This document shows positions 18,942-29,965 of a DNA stretch of 64,000 bases, in pieces. The stretch covers positions 79,383-143,382 of the forward strand of contig JALNJZ010000003.1 in NCBI GenBank assembly GCA_023261845.1, in the 5' to 3' direction. The DNA is from Candidatus Terraquivivens tengchongensis. Its GTDB lineage: Archaea > Thermoproteota > Nitrososphaeria_A > Caldarchaeales > Wolframiiraptoraceae. The translations under genes were made by a program, and so were the position numbers. Position 1 is the stretch's first letter, and every line of letters starts with the position of its first letter. The notes beneath the pieces are model-generated. The model saw only the letters and a list, made by a program, of their open reading frames with translations. It searched no databases and was not told the DNA's origin.

Positions 18942-21329
18942 ATGAAAGAGAATGCGTTCGTATTCGAACTGGAATCAATAACCAAAGAGGATGTACCCCT
19001 CGTCGGAGGTAAAGGTGCAAACCTAGGTGAAATGCTAAGATTGGGCATACCTGTCCCTCCTGGTTTTACGGTAACGGCATATGCCTACAAGTACTTTATA
19101 GAAAAAGCTGGTATCGGTGAACAAATACGTAAGATATTAAGCGAAGTGGATTATTCAAACCCTGAATCGATAGAAGAGAAAACAAGAGAGATAAGGGAAC
19201 TCATATTAAAACAAGAAATCCCCAAAGAGTTAGAGGCAGAGATAATAACTGCATATAGGAGGTTAGCCGAGAAAGTAGGCATGGTTGACCCTCCTGTTGC
19301 TGTCAGGTCGAGTGCAACTGCTGAGGATTTAACATCGGCCAGCTTTGCTGGACAGCAGGAGACTTACCTAAACGTTAGGGGCGAAGCACGTCTGTTGGAA
19401 AGCGTTAAGAAATGCTGGGCGAGCCTATTCACGTCGAGGGCAACGTTTTACAGACACGAAAAAGGATTCGACCACATGAGTGTGTATTTATGTGTGGTGG
19501 TTCAGAAGATGGTCAATGCAAAAGCCTCCGGCGTAATGTTCACACTACATCCAGTCACGGGTGACACGTCAAAGATACTGATAGAAGCTAACTGGGGGCT
19601 TGGCGAGTCTGTAGTGAGTGGTGAAGCCACACCTGATGTATACGTGGTTGACAAAAAGACGCTGAAGATAATTGAAAAGAAGGTTGCAAGGAAAACTATT
19701 GAAGTTGTTTACAGTCCAAAAGGTGGCACGGAGAAACGTGAAGTCCCACTCTCGAAGCAGAATGTGCCATGCTTAACTGACGAAGAGATATATAGACTTG
19801 CAGAGCTTGCCATCCGTATCGAAGAGCATTATGGTGCACCACAAGACATAGAATGGAGTATAGATATGGATGTACCATTCCCATACAATGTATTCATAGT
19901 TCAGTCTAGACCCGAGACCGTTTGGTCTCAGAAAGCGGTTGCGGAAACCCCTGCTGCAACAGAAACTGTAACAGTTGCTAGAAAAGTTGTCACAAAAGGA
20001 TTGCCCGCAAGCCCTGGCATTGCTATCGGAACCGCTAGGGTGATCTTAGACGTGAAGAACATAGGGCAGATGAGAAAGGGGGATATTCTGGTCACACGAA
20101 TGACGTCGCCCGATTGGGTACCTGCGATGCGAATAGCGTCCGCAATAGTGACCTCAGAAGGTGGAATGACGTGCCATGCAGCTATAGTTTCAAGAGAGTT
20201 GGGCATACCCTGCATAGTAGGTACTGGTGATGCCACTGAAACCATGAAAGATGGGCAGGTTTATACAGTTGATGCCAAATCAGGCGTAGTATATGAAGGT
20301 GCAGTGGAGGAGTTGTTAGCTAAACCGCCGACTCCAGCGGCCGCTCCTTCTGGTGTCCCGACCCCCTTAATTAGCGTACCAGTCACGGCCACGAAGATTA
20401 TGATGAACCTTGGCGTTCCAGAAAAGATAGATGAATATGTAGATCTGCCCTTTGATGGAATAGGTTTAATGCGCATAGAGTTCATACTGGCCTCATACAT
20501 AGGCGAGCACCCGAACTACCTCATTGAGATAGGGCAACCTGATAAGTTCGTGAATAAACTGGCTGAGGGTATCGCGAAAGTTGCTAGGGCAATACAACCT
20601 AGACCAGTAGTTGTCAGGTTTTCAGACTTTAAGACGAATGAGTACAGAGAGCTGAAGGGCGGAGAGAAGTACGAAATTGAAGAGGCAAACCCGATGATGG
20701 GATGGAGAGGAGCGGCAAGGTACATAAGCAAAGGGTATGAGAAAGCGTTTAGGCTTGAGTGTAAAGCCATCAAAAAGGTTCGGGATGAGTGGGGACTGAA
20801 AAATGTTTGGGTCATGATACCAATGGCGAGGACAACATGGGAAATAAAGAGGGTATTAGAGATAATGAAGGAAGAAGGACTAGAGAGGGACAGGGACTTT
20901 AAAGTGTGGTTGATGGCAGAAGTTCCGAGCACGATACTCATGGCAGACGAGTTTAGCAAGCTATGTGATGGTTTCAGCATAGGTTCCAACGACCTTACTC
21001 AGTTCATCTTGGCGACCGATAGAGACTCCGCCATACTGCCCAGCATAGATGCCAGATACTTTGACGAGAGGGACCCAGCCATACTAAGAGCGATAGAGTA
21101 TCTGATAAAAGTTGCACACGAAAATGGTGTCACCGTTTCGATTTGCGGACAAGCACCAAGTGTTTATCCAGAGTTTACAGAATTCCTAGTTAGGTGCGGC
21201 ATCGATTCGATAAGCGTCAACCCAGACGTGGTAATTAAAACGAAACAACTCGTCGCCAGCATAGAGCAGAAGATAATCTTGGAAAAGCTTAGCGAACTTA
21301 CAAAATCTAAAAACCGAACTTTAGGGTAA
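18942..21329 (+). CDS. ppsA: Phosphoenolpyruvate synthase (pyruvate,water dikinase)
   Basis: [46 protein letters not shown]. Confidence 0.96.
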   Translation: MKENAFVFELESITKEDVPLVGGKGANLGEMLRLGIPVPPGFTVTAYAYKYFIEKAGIGEQIRKILSEVDYSNPESIEEKTREIRELILKQEIPKELEAEIITAYRRLAEKVGMVDPPVAVRSSATAEDLTSASFAGQQETYLNVRGEARLLESVKKCWASLFTSRATFYRHEKGFDHMSVYLCVVVQKMVNAKASGVMFTLHPVTGDTSKILIEANWGLGESVVSGEATPDVYVVDKKTLKIIEKKVARKTIEVVYSPKGGTEKREVPLSKQNVPCLTDEEIYRLAELAIRIEEHYGAPQDIEWSIDMDVPFPYNVFIVQSRPETVWSQKAVAETPAATETVTVARKVVTKGLPASPGIAIGTARVILDVKNIGQMRKGDILVTRMTSPDWVPAMRIASAIVTSEGGMTCHAAIVSRELGIPCIVGTGDATETMKDGQVYTVDAKSGVVYEGAVEELLAKPPTPAAAPSGVPTPLISVPVTATKIMMNLGVPEKIDEYVDLPFDGIGLMRIEFILASYIGEHPNYLIEIGQPDKFVNKLAEGIAKVARAIQPRPVVVRFSDFKTNEYRELKGGEKYEIEEANPMMGWRGAARYISKGYEKAFRLECKAIKKVRDEWGLKNVWVMIPMARTTWEIKRVLEIMKEEGLERDRDFKVWLMAEVPSTILMADEFSKLCDGFSIGSNDLTQFILATDRDSAILPSIDARYFDERDPAILRAIEYLIKVAHENGVTVSICGQAPSVYPEFTEFLVRCGIDSISVNPDVVIKTKQLVASIEQKIILEKLSELTKSKNRTLG

Positions 21330-21336
21330 AGGTTGC

Positions 21337-21759
21337 TTGCAACCGGATCATGGTACCGAAGAGCCCACCGAAGTCGAGATATATGTTGATGGAGCATCTA
21401 GAGGCAACCCCGGGCCTGCTGGTATTGGCATCGTTCTCAAGCTTGACTCTAGGACGGTATGTTTCAAGAGGTTTATCGGCAATAAAACAAACAACGAGGC
21501 AGAATACTTAGCACTCTTAGAAGGGTTAAAGTTAGCCATAAGCGTTAATGCGAAGAAGGTAAAGGTTTTCTCCGACAGCGAGCTGATAGTAAAGCAGCTT
21601 AAGGGCGAGTTCTCCGTTAAGGAGACAAGGCTTAGCAAGCTTTACTCAGAGGTAAAGGAGCTGGAAAGAATGCTTGATGTTGAATATTTTCACATCCCCA
21701 GAGAATCGAACAAGCTGGCCGACGAGCTTGCTAACGAGGCCATAGATGAAAACCGCTAG
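21337..21759 (+). CDS. rnhA: Ribonuclease HI family protein
   Basis: YVDGASRGNPGPAG, TNNEAEY, SDSEL, PRESNKLADELAN. Confidence 0.92.
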   Translation: MQPDHGTEEPTEVEIYVDGASRGNPGPAGIGIVLKLDSRTVCFKRFIGNKTNNEAEYLALLEGLKLAISVNAKKVKVFSDSELIVKQLKGEFSVKETRLSKLYSEVKELERMLDVEYFHIPRESNKLADELANEAIDENR

Positions 21760-21790
21760 ATTTATAAGCCCGGCCGCAAACATCCAATTG

Positions 21791-22459
21791 ATGCCCATCC
21801 TGAAAGAAAGGGAGAAAAAGATTATCGCAGAAAAGCTTAGTAGAAGTATGGAAAACAACGTTAGGCTTATCGTCTTCACCCAAGATTTTGAGTGTGAATA
21901 TTGTGCGACGAACAGGGAGCTGATGGAAGACTTAGCATCACTTTCGGATAAGATAAAGCTTGAGGTGTTTGATTTCGAAAAGGATTACGAGAAAGCGCAA
22001 AAGTTAGGGGTAGACAAGATACCGGCAACAGCAGTATTCGGCGTTCGTGAGTATGGTATAAGGTTCTTTGGTGTACCGATAGGTTATGAATTTCCAGCCC
22101 TAATCGACACCATAATAGATGCATCGAGAGGGACGACAAAGCTTCAACCTACGATAAAAGAAAAGATTAAAAGCATTAAGGAGCCAGTGCACATTCAAGT
22201 GTTCGTAACGCCCACCTGTCCATACTGTCCTAGAGCTGTAAGGATTGCACACCAGTTGGCAATCGAGAACGAGTTCATTAGGGCTGATATGATAGAGGCT
22301 ATAGAATTCCCCCAACTTGCGAATAAATACGACGTTATGGCAGTTCCTAAGACCATAATAAATGATGTTATTTCTTTCGAAGGTGCCTTACCAGAGCAAC
22401 ACTTTGTTGAGTACATCTTCTCGGCGATTAAACCAGACAGGACAATAAACTATAGATGA
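21791..22459 (+). CDS. Protein disulfide oxidoreductase (two thioredoxin folds)
   Basis: CEYC and CPYC active sites; ATG 21791 is the likely start. Confidence 0.92.
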   Translation: MPILKEREKKIIAEKLSRSMENNVRLIVFTQDFECEYCATNRELMEDLASLSDKIKLEVFDFEKDYEKAQKLGVDKIPATAVFGVREYGIRFFGVPIGYEFPALIDTIIDASRGTTKLQPTIKEKIKSIKEPVHIQVFVTPTCPYCPRAVRIAHQLAIENEFIRADMIEAIEFPQLANKYDVMAVPKTIINDVISFEGALPEQHFVEYIFSAIKPDRTINYR

Positions 22460-23340
22460 ATTGGGAAGAAAACATCGAAAACCATGCCCATGAATAGTGC
22501 GGCCAAGTAAGGGCTTGACATCTTAAACACCAACCATGCCTTCTTAGCGTCCGGCTTGAGGACAAGTAAGAAATTAAAGACCAAAATTGCTGTGCCGAAA
22601 ATAAATGCCACTATTGCGTATATTATTCGAAAAACTCCCATAAGGACTGGCAGGAGACTGAACACGACCATCAAAACGCTGGTGGAAGCTATGCACCTTA
22701 TGGCGAGTTTTTCAGGTACGACTACCGGTAACATGGGGACTTTCACCTTAGCATAATCCTCCCTATACTTAAGCGCGAGACTCCAGATGTGTGTAGGTAT
22801 CCACAGAACAACGAGCGCCGCAATTATTAAGCCGAGAGTGAGGTTTTCGGTTGTAGCTGCCGAATAGCCTATCATAGCGGGCGCACCGCCAGAGAAACCG
22901 CCGGCTATTATGTTGATAGGGTTTCGGCGCTTTAACCATTTGCTATAAATTAGGATATTGTCTACTAGCCCGAAGAGCATCAGACCGAAGCATATGGGGT
23001 TAAGCATGAAGGACATCACGACAGCTATCGTTGAAAGCATGAGGCCGAAGTAAAGCGCCTTTTCAGCTGGCCTTATCTTGCCAGAAGGCAAGGGTCTCAT
23101 CTTGGTTCTATCCATCATAGCATCGATGTCCCTATCTATGTAGCACGTAATCGCGTTAGCTCCTGCCGAGCCTAAAGCAATGGCTAAAGTCACTAACACG
23201 AGAATGTACCAATCTATGCTCCTTCCAGAAACTCCGAAGCCAACTATAGTGTTGCAGAATCCTGTGAAGGTTAGAAGGAACCATGTACGCGGCTTCGTAA
23301 CTTGCCAATAACTAGCTAGAGCAGACCACGGTCTTTCCAA
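22450..23340 (-). CDS. cyoE: Protoheme IX farnesyltransferase (heme o synthase)
   Basis: TKPR, DRDIDAMMDRTKMRPLPSG, WIPTHIWSLA…DY…PMLP. Confidence 0.93.
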   Translation of the reverse strand: MERPWSALASYWQVTKPRTWFLLTFTGFCNTIVGFGVSGRSIDWYILVLVTLAIALGSAGANAITCYIDRDIDAMMDRTKMRPLPSGKIRPAEKALYFGLMLSTIAVVMSFMLNPICFGLMLFGLVDNILIYSKWLKRRNPINIIAGGFSGGAPAMIGYSAATTENLTLGLIIAALVVLWIPTHIWSLALKYREDYAKVKVPMLPVVVPEKLAIRCIASTSVLMVVFSLLPVLMGVFRIIYAIVAFIFGTAILVFNFLLVLKPDAKKAWLVFKMSSPYLAALFMGMVFDVFFPIHL

Positions 23341-23425
23341 CCAATCCCACCCAAGCCTTGGCTAAATTTTAGTGTAGAATGTTCTTAAAAAAATCTTTTT
23401 TAAATTGTATTCTCAAGACCTAAAC

Positions 23426-25219
23426 ATGAGCACTCTGCGCGTTAAAGAGCCGACAGCAGACAACCGAGGCGAGACCGTTTCTATCGACGTTAACGGCACG
23501 ACCGTAAAGGGCCTTACGTCAGAATCCATAAGCGTAACGTTATACGCTAACGGTATAAAATTTTTTGATAGAAGTAAAAAGCTCTACAGACCCCGTGGAT
23601 TCTTCAGTTTACATCCACAAGCTAGAACGGTAATGATCAACGTAAACGGTATGCTTGCAACGAACCCATCTGAAATTTATCTAACGGAAGGACTTAAAGT
23701 TCATATCCAGCAAAAAAGACCTTTATCAATGCATTTTTTTGAATCCATGATAGATACGAGTCTGCTCCATAAACCCATAGTGAAGAATAGGTTAATCTGG
23801 CCCTTGGCTCTCAGATTCATCGCAAATAGTATCAACAACCCAGAGCCAGCTGAATATGAAACGCCGCATAGCATTCCAACAATCGTAGAAAAGGCTGATT
23901 TAGTGGTGGTTGGTGGAGGTGTAGCAGGACTTTCAGCAGCCATCGAGGCTAGAAAGTACGGTCTCGAAACTCTCCTAATAGATGATGTTGAGCTCGGTGG
24001 AGAGATGTTGTGTGATGAGCTGGAACCACCGGGAATGTCAGAACCTGGTTGCGTATTCGCGAGAAACCTGAGGAAAAAAGCACTTGAGCTTGGTGTTAGG
24101 GTTTTATCGAAAACCACACTTGTTGGCTTCTTTGAGGATGCCGTACTGGCATTCTCACCTCATCCGCTCGGTAGTGGAACGCCTTACATAATATCTGCCA
24201 AGGCATACGTTGTTGCAACGGGCGCTGTAGATTTACCGTGCATATTCGCTAACAACGACCTACCAGGAATAATAGACGCCTCATCCGCTCTAAGGATGTT
24301 AAGTATACGTGGTGTTGTCCCAGGAAAGAACGTCGCAGTATTGGGAGCAACAGAACGTGGGTTAAGGTTGGTAGAACATCTGAAAAAGTATGCGGTCAAT
24401 ACGATTGTGCTTGATAAGTCAAAGAACGGTGTCGGTAAAGGCGATATAGTACGTGGAGTAAAGGAAATTATTGCGATAGGAAAAGATAAGGTTGAAGCTC
24501 TTAAGATAAAACGTGATGGTGAGGAGCTTAAGCTGAACGTTGACTGCATAATTTGCGCAGCCTCCACGAACCCTGACATAAAGATTTCTGCACAAGCTGG
24601 TGCCAAAATAACCTACATCAAAGAGCTTGGCTTTGTACCGATCCACGATCTTTTTATGAGGACCTTGAAGAGCAACCTTTTCGTGGCAGGGGGTGCCTCC
24701 GGCTCGCCTTACGGAATACTTCATGTAATCGAGGGTAGGATTGCAGGACTATCTGCTGCTATTTCACTAAATAAAACCGATGCCGAAGCTGAACGGGATG
24801 CGCTCGTGAAAGAGTATAGGTCACTACTCCAGAAGTTCGGTATAAGCGACCCTAAAGAGAAGATGTTCAGATATTTCAAAACAAAAGTTGTCCCCGATGA
24901 GAAAATAACTGAGCCGCCCACTTTGTTCTGCTCAGGACCAAGAAGAAATGCATTCGTCTGTTTCTGCGAAGATATCAGGTTATGGGACTTGTACCGCTCC
25001 GTATCAGTCTATGGCTTCACGTGTCTTGAGAAGGTGAAGCGTAGCACCGGAATCGGCACGGCTAGATGTCAAGGTAGGCTGTGTCTCGTCAACTCTGCAT
25101 TGTACATAGCGTATATTACGGGCTTAAGTCCTAATGTGGTCGGTATCGCTAGACAAAGACCGCTTGCTATATCAATACCAATCAACGTACTGGCCGCTAT
25201 GGGGGTGAATAAAGCATGA
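23426..25219 (+). CDS. Proline dehydrogenase / sarcosine oxidase-like alpha subunit
   Basis: RPRG, GGGVAGLSAA, ATGA…NNDLPG, C-terminal CFCED…CQGRLC. Confidence 0.85.
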   Translation: MSTLRVKEPTADNRGETVSIDVNGTTVKGLTSESISVTLYANGIKFFDRSKKLYRPRGFFSLHPQARTVMINVNGMLATNPSEIYLTEGLKVHIQQKRPLSMHFFESMIDTSLLHKPIVKNRLIWPLALRFIANSINNPEPAEYETPHSIPTIVEKADLVVVGGGVAGLSAAIEARKYGLETLLIDDVELGGEMLCDELEPPGMSEPGCVFARNLRKKALELGVRVLSKTTLVGFFEDAVLAFSPHPLGSGTPYIISAKAYVVATGAVDLPCIFANNDLPGIIDASSALRMLSIRGVVPGKNVAVLGATERGLRLVEHLKKYAVNTIVLDKSKNGVGKGDIVRGVKEIIAIGKDKVEALKIKRDGEELKLNVDCIICAASTNPDIKISAQAGAKITYIKELGFVPIHDLFMRTLKSNLFVAGGASGSPYGILHVIEGRIAGLSAAISLNKTDAEAERDALVKEYRSLLQKFGISDPKEKMFRYFKTKVVPDEKITEPPTLFCSGPRRNAFVCFCEDIRLWDLYRSVSVYGFTCLEKVKRSTGIGTARCQGRLCLVNSALYIAYITGLSPNVVGIARQRPLAISIPINVLAAMGVNKA

Positions 25220-26352
25220 GAATCGCGATAGTGGGCTCAGGTATCATGGGACTCTCCTCGGCATATAACTTAGCAAAGCTCGGAGCAAAAAACATAATCA
25301 TCTTAGAAAAGGAGTACCTATCATACGGCTCAACAGTAAGATCCGCCAGCAGATTCAGGGTTCACTTCTGGACCGAGGAAAATTCTAGGTTTGCTCTGGA
25401 AGCGAAGAAAATTATGGTCAGTTTATCATCGATTACTGGTTGGAATGTGCTAGTGACAACAGGCGGTTATCTTTGGTTATTGTTTAGCGAGGAGCAGATT
25501 AAAGCATTCCGCGAGAAGAACAAAATGTGGGAGCGACTTGGGATAGCCGGAAAGTTTCTCTCACCGTCAGAAATTAAAGAAAGATATCCATACATACACA
25601 CGGATGATGTCCTCGAGGGCTTCTTCGGTCCACAGAACGGAAGCTGCTTCCATAACTACGTGGCACTCGGTTACTATAAAGCAGCAGCCAGGCTTGGCGC
25701 TAAGCTCTTCGAGAGGTCGCCTGTCGAAAGGGTGCTTGTAGAAAATAACAAGGTCGTGGGGGTTGAGCTCCCCCAGGGTAAGGTAGAGGCCGACGTCGTT
25801 TTATTGACTGCTGGTGCTTGGACTGATGAGCTCTTGAAAGGCTTGGGTATTATGTTACCGACGGAGCCTGAAAGGAAGGAGATGGCCCTAACGGAATCCT
25901 ACAAGTACTTTATTGAGCCTCTAATTATAGACTTAGGAACTTCAGCTTACATCGGCCAGGCACTCAAAGGCGAGATACTCGGAAGCATAGAAGTCCCGGT
26001 GAAGAGTGGTCTATTACCCTTGGAGAACACGCTCGACTTCTTAGTGAAGTGGGCGAGAGCCGTGTACAAGAGGTTTCCTGCGTTAAGAGGTGCTAGGGTC
26101 ATGAGGTGCTGGAGCGGGTATTATTCCATGTCTGCAGATTCGAGCCATATAATGGGAAGGGACCCGGAGTGGCCGGAAGGGCTTTACGTGGCCTACGGCG
26201 ATAGCGGTCATGGCTTTATGATGGGGCCCCTTATCGGTAAGTTGCTGGCTAGGAACATATTGTACGGAGAAATCGATGAGCTTATGAGACCATTCTTACC
26301 TACCAGGTTCAAGGAAGGTAAGTTGATACCTGAAAAATTGGTCATAGGTTAG
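25216..26352 (+). CDS. FAD-dependent proline dehydrogenase / sarcosine oxidase-like beta subunit
   Basis: GSGIMG, WSGYY, SGHGFMMGP; ATGA overlap with the alpha gene. Confidence 0.87.
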   Translation: MRIAIVGSGIMGLSSAYNLAKLGAKNIIILEKEYLSYGSTVRSASRFRVHFWTEENSRFALEAKKIMVSLSSITGWNVLVTTGGYLWLLFSEEQIKAFREKNKMWERLGIAGKFLSPSEIKERYPYIHTDDVLEGFFGPQNGSCFHNYVALGYYKAAARLGAKLFERSPVERVLVENNKVVGVELPQGKVEADVVLLTAGAWTDELLKGLGIMLPTEPERKEMALTESYKYFIEPLIIDLGTSAYIGQALKGEILGSIEVPVKSGLLPLENTLDFLVKWARAVYKRFPALRGARVMRCWSGYYSMSADSSHIMGRDPEWPEGLYVAYGDSGHGFMMGPLIGKLLARNILYGEIDELMRPFLPTRFKEGKLIPEKLVIG

Positions 26353-28298
26353 AGCAGCGCATGGAGAGCCCTATAGAATAGCCCTCCGATGAACATTGCA
26401 AACGCGAGCTGGGAAATTGCAATGTAGCAAGCCGTCTTCCATCCAAATTCCTTCTTCAATATCATGAACGTAGAAGCACAAGGCACGTAATACATGGCTA
26501 CGAATGCTAGCGTTATCATCTGGATGGGCGTAAACAAGAGCTCAAAGTTTGTGGTTCCAAAAAGTATGGCCGGCATTATTATGATCATTTCTTTCCTTAC
26601 TACGCCGAAAAGTAATGGAATGCCTGTATATGCTGGTAACCCTAGCCATTCCACAGTTAACGGGGCCATCAAACCTTCTACTGGTTGTAAAACGTTGAGT
26701 GAATACAACATCGCTAATATTCCACCCCCCAAGATGTAGATGGGAAACACGACGTACATTATCGACTTAATGTTGTTCCATGTTTGCGTCAAGACGGTCT
26801 TTAATGCAGGTAACCTTAACGGTGGCACCTCCATTATGAGGCCCATAGATTCTCCTGGACAAACCTTGAAAGCCAGCTTGGCCATTCCTATGACGACTAC
26901 CAAGTTTACCAACAGTAACAGGTATGCCCACTCTATACCGACGAACGTTCCTACTAGTCCATATATCACGACAAGCCGTGCAGTGCAAGGAATGAACGTG
27001 ACCGCGAACGCAGATATCAGGCGCTCCCTCGGGGTTTCCATTATTCTACATGCATAACATGCAGGAACGCTGCAGCCATAACCCATGATGAGCGGTATGA
27101 TGGCTTTTCCATGAAGACCTACCTTATGCATAACGTTATCTAGAAGGAACGCAACCCTTGGGAGGTATCCCACATCTTCTAATACCGAGAGGAGGAAATA
27201 GAATGGGATGACGAACGGAATTAGAAGGGTAACGCCAGCTATGAACCCACCAAAGAACCCTTCCCATAATATCTCGCCTGTTACTGAGATTATTGAAGGT
27301 TTAATTGTATCAAACGCCTCCGAGAGTATTGTAGAAAGATAATCGCCAAAGGTGAATATAGCATAAAAAGATGAGAAGAAGACGGCTACCATTATTAAAT
27401 ATCCTAGTATTTTATGCGTAAGTAGTTGGTCAATCTTTTCTATTAATCCGATTTTATAGGGCGCTAAAACTTTCTGAGCTTCTTTAATGATTTTACCTAT
27501 GATCGCGTACCTTTCAGAGGCTATAACGATCGGGGCTGGAATGCCTCTTATCTCCTCGATCTCTTTCGCAAGCTTCTCAGCCGTCTCAACAACCTTTTTG
27601 CTAACTCTTCTTTTAATGTCCTCGTCTCCTTCAAGTAGCTTTACAGCAACAAAACGGATCGGATAATATATGCTTTCATCCTTAAGAAGTTCCATCAACT
27701 TTTTTATCCTTTCTTCAACATCCTTGCTATACGTAACATTCATGGGCCTTAACTTTATCTTATGTTCTGCTAGGTTGATGGCTTGTCGAATTAATTCGTA
27801 GATACCTATGCCTTTACTCGCAACTGTAGGAACGACGGGTACTCCGAGCAATTCGCTCAGCTTTTTATCGTCCACACTTAATCCTTTATCTTCGGCCAAG
27901 TCAACCATGTTCAGGGCGATAATAATCGGCGCCTGCAACTCCAGGAGTTGGAGCGTAAAATACAGATTCCTCTCCAACACAGAGGCATCCACGACGTTTA
28001 TTACAACATCCGGTCTATCGAATACTATGTACTCGCGGGATATGAGCTCCTCTATCGAGAAGGTTGATAAAGAGTATATGCCGGGTAGGTCTATAATATC
28101 TATCGCATAACCGTCAACTACTAAGCTCCCCTCGCGCCTCTCGACAGTCTTGCCGGGCCAATTACCCACGTGTTGATGCAACCCTGTCAGCTGATTAAAC
28201 AACGTGCTCTTACCAACGTTCGCATTACCGGCCAATGCCATGACAAAGCTTACTTTGTCATCCTTTTTGGTGCTTGACGGCTTATGGCAAGCACTCAT
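26349..28298 (-). CDS. feoB: Ferrous iron transporter B
   Basis: GNANVGKS, NWPGKTVE, DLPG, NMVD, GYGCSVPA, PCTAR. Confidence 0.96.
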   Translation of the reverse strand: MSACHKPSSTKKDDKVSFVMALAGNANVGKSTLFNQLTGLHQHVGNWPGKTVERREGSLVVDGYAIDIIDLPGIYSLSTFSIEELISREYIVFDRPDVVINVVDASVLERNLYFTLQLLELQAPIIIALNMVDLAEDKGLSVDDKKLSELLGVPVVPTVASKGIGIYELIRQAINLAEHKIKLRPMNVTYSKDVEERIKKLMELLKDESIYYPIRFVAVKLLEGDEDIKRRVSKKVVETAEKLAKEIEEIRGIPAPIVIASERYAIIGKIIKEAQKVLAPYKIGLIEKIDQLLTHKILGYLIMVAVFFSSFYAIFTFGDYLSTILSEAFDTIKPSIISVTGEILWEGFFGGFIAGVTLLIPFVIPFYFLLSVLEDVGYLPRVAFLLDNVMHKVGLHGKAIIPLIMGYGCSVPACYACRIMETPRERLISAFAVTFIPCTARLVVIYGLVGTFVGIEWAYLLLLVNLVVVIGMAKLAFKVCPGESMGLIMEVPPLRLPALKTVLTQTWNNIKSIMYVVFPIYILGGGILAMLYSLNVLQPVEGLMAPLTVEWLGLPAYTGIPLLFGVVRKEMIIIMPAILFGTTNFELLFTPIQMITLAFVAMYYVPCASTFMILKKEFGWKTACYIAISQLAFAMFIGGLFYRALHALL

Positions 28299-28606
28299 TC
28301 TTCATCACTTTCTACACGCACCAACACTCCTTTGGCAATGTCCTTTCCAATGACCAGCTTACTCCCTCTTACGAGGATTTCAACAGGTCCGCCAAAAGGT
28401 ATGGAGTTTATGACTTCTATGACAGTGTCTGGTACTATACCCAGCTCCGAAAGCCTACGGATGACCTTTTCATCCCCTTCTAGAAGAACCACCACACCTT
28501 TCTGACCGTTTTTAAGCTCTAGCAAGGAAACTAAATCCCCAAACCGCTGACGGTATCTGTGCCTATGCCTATAAGGTCCGCTATGTTCAGCGCCGTTATT
28601 TTTCAT
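28295..28606 (-). CDS. feoA: Ferrous iron transport protein A
   Basis: RRLSELGIVP…PFGGPV…RGSKL; overlaps the feoB start. Confidence 0.92.
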   Translation of the reverse strand: MKNNGAEHSGPYRHRHRYRQRFGDLVSLLELKNGQKGVVVLLEGDEKVIRRLSELGIVPDTVIEVINSIPFGGPVEILVRGSKLVIGKDIAKGVLVRVESDEE

Positions 28607-28620
28607 AATTTAGCTTAAAA

Positions 28621-28636
28621 GTTAGGCTAGCCTAAC
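28621..28636. promoter_or_regulatory. DtxR/IdeR/MntR-type operator of feoAB
   Basis: Perfect 16-bp palindrome GTTAGGCTAGCCTAAC between the TATA box (~28641-28650) and the feoA ATG; resembles the TTAGG…CCTAA core. Confidence 0.75.
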
Positions 28637-28654
28637 TACTATTTAAATATATTG

Positions 28655-29965
28655 TTAATCTGAAGATCTTAGCTCAAACTTTGCGCCTAGGCTGGCAAGG
28701 TCTTCAAGAAAATTCGGGTAAGATACGCTCGCGGATTCTGCTCCTATTACTGTGCACCCTTCCTCCAGAATAAGTCCTAAGAGACAATAGGCCATGAAGA
28801 GCCTATGGTCACCTCTTGGGTCGAGTACGGCATGTTTAACCAGTTTGCCCTGCGTTATGCTTAACCCATCCGTCGACTCTCTTACGTTCATTCCGATCTT
28901 AGAAAGAGTATGGGCAAGGGCGCTGACCCTATCGCTTTCCTTAACCCTTGCATGCTCTACGCCAGTTATCTCGAGCGTCCCTTCACACTTAGTAGCTAAG
29001 ACTGCTAGGACTGGCAAAAGATCTGGAGAATCGGATAGGTTAAAGCTACCACCTCTAAGCTTTCCACTTCCACTAACCATTACACGTCCAGAGCCGTAAT
29101 CCAATTTAACATTAGCCCCCATCTTGATAAGTATATCAACTATAGCAGCATCAGCTTGCGGTAAATCTTGACTAAGCCCCTCAACTGTAACTGAACCGTC
29201 TGTCATGAGCGCCGCGACCATCATGAAGGAGGCGAGTCCAAAATCCCCCGGCACTGTGAAACGTGCGGGCTTAAAATTCTGTTGTGAAGGAATGTGAAAG
29301 ACTTTATACCCTTCTCTTTTTATACGAATGCCGAACTGCTCCAGTACGTTTATGGTTGAGTCAACATAAGGCCTCGAGACAAGGTCTCCTTGTATTATGA
29401 GCGTCGTATCGTTTAGGGCCTTTGGTGATGAGAAGAGTATAGACGATACGAACTGGGATGATATGCTGCCAGTCATCCAAGCATTGCCGCCCTTTAACCC
29501 GCTACCTTTAACAATTATGGGTGCACAACCGTTGAGTCTCGTAGACCAGCACTCCCCTCCGAGCATGTTAAGGGCATCGAGTAGCGGTTGCATCGGTCTT
29601 CTCCTTATGCTCTCATCACCTGTGAGGACTACGTACCCATCTTTGACTAAGCAGCTCACACCAGTCATTATCCTTAACGTAGTTCCAGAATTCTGAACGT
29701 TCACAACATCATCCGGTACCTTAGGTGTTGAGAAACCACTGATGATGAGCCCGTCCCCCTCTTCAATTATGGATGCACCGAATTTCTTACACGCGTTAAT
29801 CGTAGCGATTACATCATTGGATTTTGAAACGTTTTTTACGACACACTCACCATCGGTCATAGAGGCTGCTATTATCGCCCTATGGCTGTAGCTTTTGCTG
29901 GGAGGTGCCCGTACTCTACCCGATATTACCGACGGTCTAATTAAGACCTGCAACGGAATCACCAA
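28655..29965 (-). CDS. aroA: 3-phosphoshikimate 1-carboxyvinyltransferase
   Basis: PPSKSYSHR, NSGTTLR, SSQFVS, KESDR, DHR. Confidence 0.96.
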   Translation of the reverse strand: MVIPLQVLIRPSVISGRVRAPPSKSYSHRAIIAASMTDGECVVKNVSKSNDVIATINACKKFGASIIEEGDGLIISGFSTPKVPDDVVNVQNSGTTLRIMTGVSCLVKDGYVVLTGDESIRRRPMQPLLDALNMLGGECWSTRLNGCAPIIVKGSGLKGGNAWMTGSISSQFVSSILFSSPKALNDTTLIIQGDLVSRPYVDSTINVLEQFGIRIKREGYKVFHIPSQQNFKPARFTVPGDFGLASFMMVAALMTDGSVTVEGLSQDLPQADAAIVDILIKMGANVKLDYGSGRVMVSGSGKLRGGSFNLSDSPDLLPVLAVLATKCEGTLEITGVEHARVKESDRVSALAHTLSKIGMNVRESTDGLSITQGKLVKHAVLDPRGDHRLFMAYCLLGLILEEGCTVIGAESASVSYPNFLEDLASLGAKFELRSSD

